Source: Nageia nagi
Taxonomy: Eukaryota; Plantae; Pinophyta
Direction: 5' to 3'
Length of the DNA: 64,000 bases
NCBI GenBank assembly: GCA_050084985.1
Contig: JBITNC010000001.1
Coordinates: forward strand, 148,676,001 to 148,740,000
In this document: one piece after another, positions 39,131 through 50,104 of the stretch
Layout of the letters: each line of letters begins with the position of its first letter
Numbering within the stretch: position 1 is the first letter of the stretch
Notes under the pieces: model-generated
Told to the model about the DNA's origin: nothing
The model's input: only the letters and a program-made list of their open reading frames with translations
Database searches by the model: none
Made by a program: the position numbers and the translations under genes

Positions 39131-40241
39131 GATTATTTTAGTTTATTTTTCAAAAAGTTTTATTTTCCAACAAAACATTTTTAAATATTATTTTATTCCC
39201 AAACTTGTGAAGGATGAGGATTTGCTCCCACAAGTTTGGAAGAGACTTTGTAATGCCAAGTGGTGTATTTCTATTGGACCGCACTCCATTTCTTGATTAG
39301 GATTAGGGCAACAGTGATGGTTGCTCCAAAAACTATTTATACCCAATTTTGATTCATTTGTAAGGGGGGATTGACAATTTACCAATTGAAAGAACTTTTG
39401 CTTGCTAGACCGAAACTTCTCTAAATTGCTAAATGTGGTGTATGTTAATGCAATTGTGATTTAGACGCTTACTCTTGTTGGAATAGTGAATTTGAATGAA
39501 TGATTGGTGGTGCTATCTAGTTCATTCTATCATTGCTCTGTGTTGATTCAATTGCTTGGTGCATCTTGTAAATTTCTTTGAAGTGGACAAGAGAGTGCTT
39601 GTATACCTTAAGAAGTGATTGATTGGCATCTCGTTGATGGTACTTCATTGTTTGAAATTCAGGCTTGGACACCTTGGAATGTCTCACTAATGTCGCTCAC
39701 CATAGAAACTTCACCTAGGTCCATCAGTCCTACACCTATTCCACCTTATCTCCTTGCCATGGCTTCACGCTCCATCCACTAAGCTATTTGTGTTGTTGGC
39801 TAGTGGATTGGATAGATGGTGCTTGGAACCTGCAAAGAGACCCAGTGAGTTGACTTCCGAGAACTTTGTCTCGAGCCCATGAGTTTGTATGCTCACCATT
39901 GCATCCTACTGCCCACGATCTTTCAACCACTTTTTCTTTATTTTATTTTACATCTTTTTTTCATGATTTTCGCACCCCAATTTCCCTTTTACAGCATTTT
40001 CCAGAAACAACCTAGTTGAAGCCCAAACATAGAACTCAAGATTCTCTTGAATCCACACATGATATTCATGTTGGTGGCAGCTTTAAACATCTCAGCCGTC
40101 CGTTGAGTTATCTTTGCCCAAGTCATGAAGCTAACCTTTGGGATAACCAGTCCCCATAGCAAGAGGGAGTAACGTCCCTTCACCTGAAGTGTTGGCGTTT
40201 TTCTCATTACTCCAGGGTAGGAAAGAAAAACCACCCAACAC

Positions 40242-40836
40242 CAAGTGGCTAAAAAAAGACAAAAAGAAGGCATTTGGAACATGTAGTACTGCCAATGTTG
40301 TGAATAAAAATAACATCAAAGAAGCTAACAATAAATTGGCTTGTTTGGCCAATTAGCAACCAATGAATCAAAATCCCTAGTCCCAACAAACAATGCTTTT
40401 GAAGCAAGAAAAGATAAGTTTCTTTGGGTTTATATCCAAATCAAGATGATGAAACTTGTTGCATTGTATGACTTTGGATCATAGATGAATATGATCTCAA
40501 AGAGTTTAGTGCAACAACTAGGATTGGAGGTTAAGCATCATCCTCAAGTGGCTAAGCAAAAGCAAGAAGGCATTTGGAACATGTAGGACTAACAATGTTG
40601 TGGACAACAAAGAAGCTAACGATAAACTGGCTTGTATAGCCAATTAGCGACCAATGAAGCAAAATCCCTAGTTCCAACAAGCAATGGTTTTGAAGCAAGA
40701 AAAGATGAGTTTTTTTGGGTTTATATCCAAATCAAGATGATGAAAATAGTTGAATTGTATGACTTCAGATCATAGAGGAATATGATTTAAAAGAGTTTAG
40801 TGCAACAACTAGGATTGATGGTTAAGCCTCATCCTC
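40242..40836 (+). repeat. ~303-bp tandem duplication of the gag/protease junction of the CRM-like element
   Basis: Copies start with CAAGTGGCT at 40242 and 40545 and are roughly 85-90% identical by eye. Confidence 0.9.
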
Positions 40837-42124
40837 ATCCGTCACTTGGATGGTTGCAGAAAGATGTGTTGCAGGTCATAAAGCAATGCAAATTTAAATT
40901 TGCAATCAATAAAAAATTTCAAGGATGAAATCCTTTGTGACATTGTACCCTTGGACATTTGCTAAGTCATCTTTGGGAAAGAAATGAAATGTTCTATCAA
41001 TGAGCGAACTAGTGGCAACTGATCAAGGATGGTAGAGGATTTCAAATTCATCCTTGAAGAGATCAATTGAAGTATAAGTTGATCACCATGCAACAAGTAA
41101 AGCACATAGTGAATAAAAACAAAACAATTGTTCTTCTAATGGTAAGAGGCATAGAAGAGGGACAACAAGATCAGGACGAAATTGATGAGACAAATTTTAA
41201 TCCATAACAAAAGAAGCAATTGGAGGAGCTCCTTCAGGCTTTCCGAACAGTTATGCAATCACCAAAAGGCCTACCCCATAAAAGAGAAGTGAAGCATAAA
41301 ATTCAGCTACTAGCTAATTAACCAATACCCAACATGGGGCTTTATCAGCAATCAACTTTAGAATCTGATGACACCAATAGGATCCTCAAAGAAGGGCAAG
41401 ACCTAACGAATGTGTATTGATTACTGAGCTTTTAACAAAATCACCATCAAGAATTGATACTCGCTTCCACGAATTGACAATTTACAAAAAAAGCTTAAGC
41501 ATGCCCAGTATTTCACCAAGTTAGATTTGAAATGTGGATATCACCAAAGTCGAAATGTAGGATGACGACATATGGAAAATTGCTTCTAAAATTTGCCAAG
41601 GTCTTTACAAATGGTTGGTGATGCCATTCAGTTTCCAAAAAGGTTCGGTCACATTCATGAGACTAATGAATAAAATCTTACAATCGTATCTTGATGATTT
41701 ATTTTAGTGTTTCCTAACAATATATTGGTATATAGCAAGATTTGGGAGAAGCACATACAACACTTGTAGGTTGTGTTATAAGCGTTCAAAGGAGCCCAAC
41801 TGAAGTTAAACCTCACGAAATGTGAATTTGGCAAGACATGACTTGTGTATTTGGGACATGTTGTTGGCAACAAGGAGATTAAAATTAATATGGCCAAGGT
41901 AGCTAATGAAAAACGATTCAGCCAAGGTGGCAACAACAAAGAATTGTCCATTGCCTAAGACACGAATAGAGATGAGGAGCTTGAAGTAATCAAGTACTTG
42001 AGGAAATTCACTTGGGACTTCTCACACATACCAACCCTGCTTCTCAAGTTGTTGCAGAAAGAAAAAAGCATTGTGTGGAGTGATGAATAGGAGGCATTTC
42101 AAAAACTAGCATAAGTCTTGGTGA

Positions 42125-42214
42125 TATATATATATATGATGTTTGAAGTAGAGACTAATGCTTCTACTTTCTATATATATAATGTTTGAAGTAGAGACTA
42201 ATGCTTCTACTTTC
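42125..42214 (+). repeat. ~45-bp tandem duplication next to a (TA)n tract in the RNase H region
   Basis: TATATATA..ATGTTTGAAGTAGAGACTAATGCTTCTACTTTC occurs twice. Confidence 0.85.
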
Positions 42215-45200
42215 ACCATGGTACTTCTCCAAGGCGACAAACCAGTATGTTACCATTCTGAGTTTGTTTTTGAAATTGGCCTCAATTATCCTTCATATGA
42301 TAAGGAACTGTATGCTTTAGTGAATCTATTAAGAAATGGTAACACTATTTAATGTGGAAGGAAACGATAGTATATACTAATCCTGAACCCCTCAAGTATT
42401 TGCAAACTCAAAGAAAGTTACAATAAGTCAAACATTTTAAATAGATGGGTTTTCTTCAATAATTTAATCTCTTGATTAAATACAAGAAGAGGAAGACCAA
42501 CAAACTTGTCGCCATGTTATCCTGACCTTTGATCAAACCGGCATCAATAGTTATGGAACTCGAACCATTTCCAATTGACAATTTCAAGGAGAACTACGAG
42601 GATGACAAATTTGGAGAAAAATACAAATAATTGACAACTAGAAAACGATCTAACTCAGTGAAGGAAGGACAACCACTTTTGAAGGAGGGGTTGTTATTCA
42701 AAGTTGAGAAGCTCTATATTCCAAAGGAGGGCAGTTGAACTAGAGGCTCATACATCGCTAGTTGTTGTACACTTTGGTGTGCTCAAGACTAAGGCAAACT
42801 TATAAAGATATATGTATTGGCCAAATATGCAAAATGAGGTTACAAGATTCGTCAAGAGTTGCCACACATGCAATGTCAATAAAACAAGTCATCGAAAATA
42901 GGGACTATACACTCCCCTACAAATTCCTAGCTGACCTTAAGAAAGCATACCAATGGATTTTCTTGATGACTTTCCAACCACTTGAAAGGAGAATAAGTGA
43001 TAGTAGAAATGTTCAACAAGTTGGTGATTAATATTCCCTACAAGAAAATTGTCACAACAAAAGGGGCAAAAAATTTGTTTTTCAAACATGTGTTTATACA
43101 CTTTGTACTACCCAATAGTATTATAAGTGATTGTACTACTCAATTCCTTAGCAAGTTTGGAATATACTTAAGGGAATGTTGGACAAAAAGTTGAAAAGGT
43201 CTACAACATTTCACCCGTAGATGGATTGTCAAACTAAAGTCGTCAACTCGATTTTAGTGCATTTGCTGAGGGGCTATAATCAAAAGATTCCTAAGACTTG
43301 AAATGACAGTTTTCCCTACATTCAATACTACCACAGTAAACGGCAATCCATTCGTCTACTTAACTTTCTCCATTCGAGCTTTATTATGGGTTTTTACCTT
43401 ATTTTCCATTTGATGGATCATTTGAAAACCATTGATAAGAACCAGAGAGCTTTGTGCCAAAGGAAAACCAAGCACAACAATTAATTCAATGAATTCAACT
43501 TATTCACTTGAGAATTGAAGAAAAGTTGAAGAGGACTTAAAAACAGTACAAGAGTAGACATGACCAACTAAGCAACTTTGTTGCCAGCCAAAAACTAAAC
43601 AAGACTCGACATAGCCCCACCCCAACACCTCTGGAAAGATTTTGTCCCCAACGTGACCAAGAGAAAGAAGATAGGGCATATCCATTCCATAAACACCCAA
43701 CTCAAAAGCACCTGGCTTTGATAAAATCTTTATACTATCTTAAGAGACAACTTTCAAAACAAGAAGCAAAATGGTTCAGTACAAAAAATACCTTCAATCT
43801 CAAAAGTTGAAAAACATGACTCTAAAGAAAAATTTGAAGGACTTCTTGGACCCAAGAGTGGTTCAACACAGAAGAGGGCTTCAATCTCCATCAGGGAAAA
43901 CTCCGAGTCCAAGGAGAAATCGAATGGAATAGCTCCTCCTACATGTTGCACACTTCTTTCTACACCTAAGCTTTCCACCAAACATTAGACCAAGCCACTA
44001 AACCATCCCAGGTCCTCCCCTTCCAAGGTCCTACCCATCAATCTAGACCAGATGGCCATACCACCAGCTATATGACTATCCGAGTCTAAGTCATCAACCT
44101 CACCCAAACCCTCACTGCTCATCTTGCAGTCTCCTCACTTGTCATTCACCATCTCGTAGCCGTCCCCTTTTTCTCTCTTTCTCACCTCAGGAATAAATGT
44201 TTTCTAAGTTAGAGGCTTCAAAAATATTATTGCCTTAAATCTTATATGACTGTCCTAGCTGAAATTCCATCATTGAGCATTTTATGTTCAATATTAAAGT
44301 TAATATATGTTAATTATAAAATATTATTTAGAAAAAAAAAATCGAATTTAATTTTCAAAATATTAAAATTAATTTATTTTAATTTAATTTTGAACACTGA
44401 AATTTTCTAATGTATTTTCATTTTGGAGTTTAGACATTGATCTTTTAATATACTTCTATTGTGTTATTAACTTATTTGATATGAAATGTTGTGTTATTTG
44501 ATATGGAATGTGTAAAGAAAGATAAAAATGTATTTTTTATATTCGAAATCATGTAAATTCTACTATTTTTCTATTTTGCCGAGTCTGAGTTTTTGTCAAG
44601 TCAAGAGGCAAAATGAGTAATTGTCAAATCCGAGTATTGCTACTATGGTTAATCTATACAAAACTAGAATATTCAAAATCATAGCAAGATTATTAGTTTA
44701 TCTAGCTTTAGACCAACTACATACAAAAAAAATAACATTTTATGTTCTAAATAAGATAATTCATAGCGTTTTGACAAACTGCCTATCCTGCATGAATATT
44801 GCCTCAAGTGTGCAATGCGTCTGTTTAAGAAAGTACCCAAGGCAAGTATGGCTCACAAAGAGTTTAAACAAGATGAGATCTGCAAAGAATGGAGAAGGAT
44901 CTCCAACAGGAATAAATGGAATGCATGACTCAAGTCTAAACAAGCATGTTTGTAAGTATTGGAGGGGGGAATGCTTATATCAACATGTTTGTGGGAAAAG
45001 TATATCAGAGCTTAACTGGACAAAGATATTGCTTTTTGAAACACAAAAGAATATGTCCAAAATTCAAGTCCTTACAACCTCTGTGTACATGCTTAAGATT
45101 CCACAACTTACAAAAATACAAATCTGCAGATATCAAGGTTCTCAAATTTTCACTGTTAACCGTTAGTGCTGATTTCAGCCTCTCCTACCACATGAAAACA

Positions 45201-45630
45201 CTAGAGCAGGAAGTCATGATCTTTGCCACCATTCATATTAATCAACAGCAGAGTTAGGTGACTGCTACAAACTTTTCTAGTTCAAGATGAAGATATTTCT
45301 AAGAAACAAATAATGGTGTTCTAAATAGAGCAAAACAGACAACTTATTAGAATAAAATTTCATTAATTGGAAGTGTATAGTATTTGCCGCAACAAAGAAT
45401 GGTAACTATATGTAGGATAAACAAACTCATAGCTCTGCCTGTGAAACTCTATCAATAGCTCTTTTTTGACAATCTACAAGCCATTATGATTATAAGCCTT
45501 GATACAGTCTATTTGCAACATAAATATTATCAATAAACAAAGAATAACATATATACTGATATAAGATTCAAATTTGTATTATCATGTGTCCTCGTGAGAC
45601 TCCTTGGAAATCAAATATAAAATACAACTA

Positions 45631-45714
45631 TTCAAAAACAAAGAAAAAACCAAATTCAACTTTTCAAAAACAAAGAAAAAAACAATTTCAACTTTTCAAA
45701 AACAAAGAAAATAC
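45631..45714 (+). repeat. 32-bp minisatellite, ~2.6 copies
   Basis: TTCAAAAACAAAGAAAAAACCAAATTCAACTT is repeated in tandem. Confidence 0.8.
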
Positions 45715-47008
45715 CATTGACACAAGAAGAGAATGTTATAATAAAATCATTTAGTTAGAAGTCATTGAAATGCGGTGATGAGGCTTCTATCTGGCACTAA
45801 ATGGCATTACCTAGAACAGGTTAGTGATTGAGTCTGATTTGAATTTGCTTTTTTTGAGCTTGTGAGCCTTATGGCTTATGGCAATGCTAAGTCACACTCA
45901 TTATGACACCTGAATTGGAAGCTCAGCTTTGGTGGCATTCTCCAGTAAGGGATACACTCTGGTAGTCAGATGCCATGTGAACTACACCTAGGCATGGGAT
46001 GAATTATCCAATCCATAAAACCACTAAAAGCCTGATTATCTCCCGTCTTTTTGCCTGGAATGAGGCAAAGAAGAAATAATCCAATCCATGCAATCAGTAG
46101 GAACCTAAAAATCTCGCCTCTACTTAACTGAAAAGAGGATTCAGCGAACCCAACTGGACACTAAGACTGTTTACACTACCCAAATGGACATCACTTGAAG
46201 AAGAGCTACATTGCAAGAAACATGATAATTTTCCATGTGTAATTTTGTTCAAAAAAGATTAAAACACATTGGTCAGTCCTGAAAGCAAAGAATGGTGGTG
46301 CAGGTATTTGCAGTTTTCAGAAAGGAAAAAATGCCCAAAGGTTTGATGGAATTTTAGACTCTTAACGTTGGTGCAACTTCTTCGTCAAGAAAAATAAATG
46401 AACCTAATTTTAATAACCCAGTTGATAAAATCCCCAACGTCCCAATCAAGCCCATCTAAAAGCAGGGGGATCCATGAAAGGAGTCCCATCAACCAAAAAC
46501 GCTCTAAACATCATAAGAACAAACACACATAATTCCATAGTAGAGCACCAGGGGAGGCCTTCATAGTAGGGCACCAAGCACCGAGTGCAAACACCTATTA
46601 TGTAGTTAAGATGTTCAAATTGAGTTAACTACTGAATTCGAGTGGAGAATAGAATAAATCTTTAGGTCTTAGCACCTAGGTCTAACGTTACCATCAAAGG
46701 AGGCATTTGACTTTAAAAATTGATACAAGTCAAACTACATTGCGAAACAGAATACCAAGAGCACACAACAATGAAGAAACAAAGACTCGTTAAAAGCACA
46801 ACGATTGTTGTTGTTGACAAAACCTCCCAATCAGATGCAATCTAAAAGTGGGACTGTAGGGATCCATCAAAATGGTCCCATCCACATTAGAACAACGAAT
46901 ACACGTAATTTCATCTTCGCAAACCACATTCTCAGATAAAAAGCAATAAAAAAAAAACTATCAAGAGCACAAAGCAACCAAAACCCATTAAAAACACAGA
47001 TTGCCAAC

Positions 47009-47487
47009 CTTTCACAGGCATCCTCAAGAGAGGCAAACGGCCTCTTGATGTCAGGGTTGCAGACTCTCCATGCATCCTGTTGTGCCATCTCTAATTCTGC
47101 TTGGAAACCAGGCCTCATATTGGACTTATGCTGCTGCTGCTGCTGCTGCTGGAGAATATGACCGTGGTGTAGGATGGTGTTCCTGGGTTGTTGCAATGGA
47201 TGAGAATCATTGTTTGCTATATTAGAGTTTGAAGCAAATCTGGAGAGGGATTGTTGCTGGTGATGTTGTTGGAATTGTTGTTGCATTAGTAGAAATTGTT
47301 GCTGCTGGTGTTGATGTTGAAGCACCAATTGTTGTTGCTGCTGATGATGATTTTGGGGCTGTTGTTGTTGGTGGTGGGTAAGTTGATGTTGATGCGGATG
47401 TGGATGTTGTTGTTGTTGTTGCTGCTGCTGCTGCTGATGGGTCATTGCATTTACCTCCTCCATTCTTCTGTGGATTTCTTCGTTCAT
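47009..47487 (-). CDS. BRIP: GLTSCR-domain SWI/SNF subunit (BRIP1/BRIP2-like), exon 1 with polyQ/H N-terminus
   Basis: MNEEIHRRMEEVNAM, then Q/H tracts, then RPGFQAELEMAQQDAWRVCNPDIKRPFASLEDACE(R), followed by an AG|GT donor at 47009/47008. The spliced CDS is 1,188 nt (395 aa). The start could instead be the downstream MEEV Met. Confidence 0.9.
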
Positions 47488-47509
47488 GTTGATGATGGGG
47501 TGGTGGAGT

Positions 47510-47659
47510 TCAAGACGGATGAGATTTTACTTTGGAATCAGCAGGGCTTATGGGCACAGCATGGAGGGATGTGCATTGTGTGCTCCTTCGGAGCAAGAAC
47601 AATACAGAAAGAGGGCATTTTTCGGTTTCAGATGTGGGCAGGTACCTCGATGCCCACAT
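47510..47659 (-). other. Candidate 49-codon uORF in the BRIP-like 5' leader
   Basis: ATG 47659 to TGA 47510 encodes MWASRYLPTSETEKCPLSVLFLLRRSTQCTSLHAVPISPADSKVKSHPS*, ending 22 nt before the main ATG. It is only relevant if the TSS lies upstream of 47659. Confidence 0.3.
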
Positions 47660-50104
47660 AAATGGGGTTTTGTTGAACTGAAAGGTAGAGTTGTTGCCTC
47701 TTTTGCTTATAATCTACACATAAACGTCCGATATAATTGTGAATGAAAATGGCACAAATTTAAAAAGATATCTATTCTCTTCTTTTTTTTTTAAGAAACT
47801 ATATTAAGGGGCGATTTTTCACTCGAGGTTAAGTCATTCTATTGGTACTTACCATCATGTAGTATAATTTTAAGATACAAGCAATTTGTTAGAGGTGGTA
47901 GATTTTGAGAATTTTCAACTATTTTTTCCGTATATTTATATATAAATATAAATGTATTTTTTATCAATAATTATAATTATATATTATTTTGGATTAAACA
48001 TTTTTAAACCATTGGTTTATGGTATTTTTTTATTATTTGTAGTTTATTAATTTTAATTTTTAGAGATAGATATATACGATGAATATTTATCTTTTTTATT
48101 AAGTATGATCATTCAATCAAAATAATGTAGATAGGTGTGTTATCTTTTTTTAATCAAAAAGTTATCGTATGTTCAAAAGAGTGTGTAAGTCTTTAGAAGG
48201 TTTACACAATATTACATTATGGTTTTGAAGATCATGCTACAATTTTCTATAATCATATTACAATTTGATTTTATATATGATTAAGACTTTGTGTTTGTGA
48301 CTTCATATCTCGTATTAATAATAACTAAGTGATTAATTATCATAATTTCAATCTTCCATAGCAAATGCATAATCATTTGTTATGTTATTTAATGTTTATT
48401 TAGGTTTTGTACTTTACTTTATTATTTGTGAAAGATTATGTCTCCTTACAATAAAATTAGCTCAATACCACTAATTTTATTAATTTCATTATCTATATTT
48501 TGGTGAATATGATTATTATAAACAACAATTCAGTGAATCCAATGTGACTTTAAACACTATTTTGATTAACATGTGAACATTTCAAAAATATATTTTTAAC
48601 ATGTATTTTCTTTTTGAGATATTAGTTAAACCTTAAGTGCATAACTATAGATAATCAAACCCAACAATCTAACCTTATTTATAATGATGGTTTGGACTCT
48701 TTCCTTACTCATTTTAATGCCATATGCCAATATTAATATTTTTTTATTTTCCAAATAAAGGCCTTGCTTCAAATGTAATTAATCAACCAAACATCAACAT
48801 TCTTTAACACCATTTGCAATTTCATAAGCTTTACAATAACAAGAACCTTTTATTCCCTCCAACTCATCAGAAAATCCTAACCCTAATCCATCAACATGTA
48901 ATCCTAAATTACAATATAATCATATCCAAAAAAGGTACAATCTTCTCTTATCTTATTTTTTATATCGATTATCCTTATCCTCAACAAACCCCTTCCCCAC
49001 TTTATTATACCCAACTTTTGAATAATATTTTTTAACAATTATATACAAAGATACAAAATTTGAGATTACATGTCCAAATCCTAGATCAACCATCGAATCA
49101 TAATCATATTGATTATTCTTCTTTTGAAATGAACTTATTATCTCAAAAAATTTTGATGTACACACTCCCCTTTAGCTTTATTATTCCAAAGTTATATAAG
49201 ATCCTATAGGCAATATCCATTGATTTAAAAAATTATTTTCTTGCTTTCTCCTCCAAAAATATTTTGCAACCTAGATTATTTAGAGAACCTTTTTTCTATG
49301 GGCCTTTGATTAGTTCTACAAATTATTGTCATGCAAAACTTTTTTTAATAAAATTTCAAGTACAATATAAGGGATAAGGTGTCTCTTAATGATATGTATT
49401 CCACTAAGCAAAAGGTTGATGAAATGTTTAAATATTACATTACTATATTTAGAGAGATCATAGTTAAGGAAGCTTATACCTTGTGTAATATGGATATTCA
49501 ATAAGTTTATAATCAAAATATTTTGGTTTTGTTTAAACTATGTATTAGAGAGCCTAGTTCATCTTTTTCTAGAAGATGTAGCTTACAAGCATGGAAATGG
49601 TTTGTTAAAAAAGCTCAATCAATTGAATTATTCTTATTTCAATACCAACAACATTATAATATTTAGCAAGAATTATGATCATAAATAAAATATGGATGTT
49701 ATTTACATATATACACTAATAGTCACTTTCCATCTAGGGTCTATAATGAGAAGAGAATAAGCAATAATAAGAAACAAAGCCTAAGTTTTTCTACTCCCCT
49801 AAGGACAAGTGTATAAGACCTCCTCAAGAATAATTTGGTCCATTTACCTCCACATAAGACTCACTATAACATTAGTGAATATCCAAACTGGTTCAAGCCT
49901 AATTTATATTATGATTAACATTGAATTAGCATGCACTTATCGAATGGATGTAAAAATAAAAATTTAGGAATTGGATGGTGATAAACTATATAGTTTTGAT
50001 GAGGTTCAAGTTAATTGTATTGAGAGCCTGGACTTATTTGATGGATTTTATGGTTTGATTATTAAAAAATATGATATTATGTCATTGATTATTTGTCATG
50101 TTTA

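Larger units (their letters stand above)
34353..40240 (+). mobile_element. 5,888-bp TG...CA element with 5-bp TSD, no gag/pol; interpreted as a giant protein-coding solo LTR
   Basis: Starts TGTTGTGCCC at 34353 and ends CCACCCAACA at 40240. Perfect TSD CCAAG at 34348-34352 and 40241-40245. The host gag frame is continuous when the element is removed. No internal LTR pair was seen. Confidence 0.85.
32535..43580 (+). mobile_element. CRM-like chromoviral Ty3/gypsy (5' LTR, PBS, gag, PR, RT, RH, INT; 3'-truncated), interrupted by the 34353-40240 insertion
   Basis: LTR ends ...AAACA at 33223, followed by tRNA-iMet PBS TGGTATCAAAGC at 33226-33237. gag DPFKLEVRLDIPIYSGELD and zinc-knuckle region ..GHTTKQCWKLHPRKKPK|W are continuous across the insertion. 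Further motifs: PR ALYDFGS*MNMISKSLVQQLGL and DEILCDIVPLDIC; RT FTKLDLKCGYHQ; RH VETNAS and YDKELYAL; INT SIISD. Outer boundaries are approximate. Confidence 0.88.
19414..47008 (-). other. 27,595-bp GT-AG intron of the BRIP-like gene, filled with nested TEs
   Basis: Donor GAAAG|GTTGGC at 47009/47008. Branch-like TGCTAAT and acceptor TTTGCAG at 19430-19414. Frame and domain are continuous across the junction. Confidence 0.88.

Noticed and set aside
39361-39375. AGGGGGGATTG as a PPT marking a 3' LTR at 39372-40240
   Set aside because: Sequence after it does not match the 5' end at 34353, so no LTR pair can be formed.
43590-44650. 3' LTR of the CRM-like element
   Set aside because: No similarity to the 5' LTR (32535-33223) and no PPT; it looks like unrelated decayed repeat fragments.
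44621-45257. 181-aa and 103-aa plus-strand ORFs in the intron
   Set aside because: No recognisable motif, the longer one lacks an ATG at its listed start, and the composition is AT-rich intron-like; probably chance ORFs.
46867-47008. C-terminal tail of ORF 46867-47487 (LAICVFNGFW...)
   Set aside because: This is read-through into the intron past the GT donor; the conserved protein continues in exon 2.
47296-47661. Plus-strand Leu/Met-rich 121-aa ORF
   Set aside because: Antisense shadow of the CAG/CAA polyQ codons.
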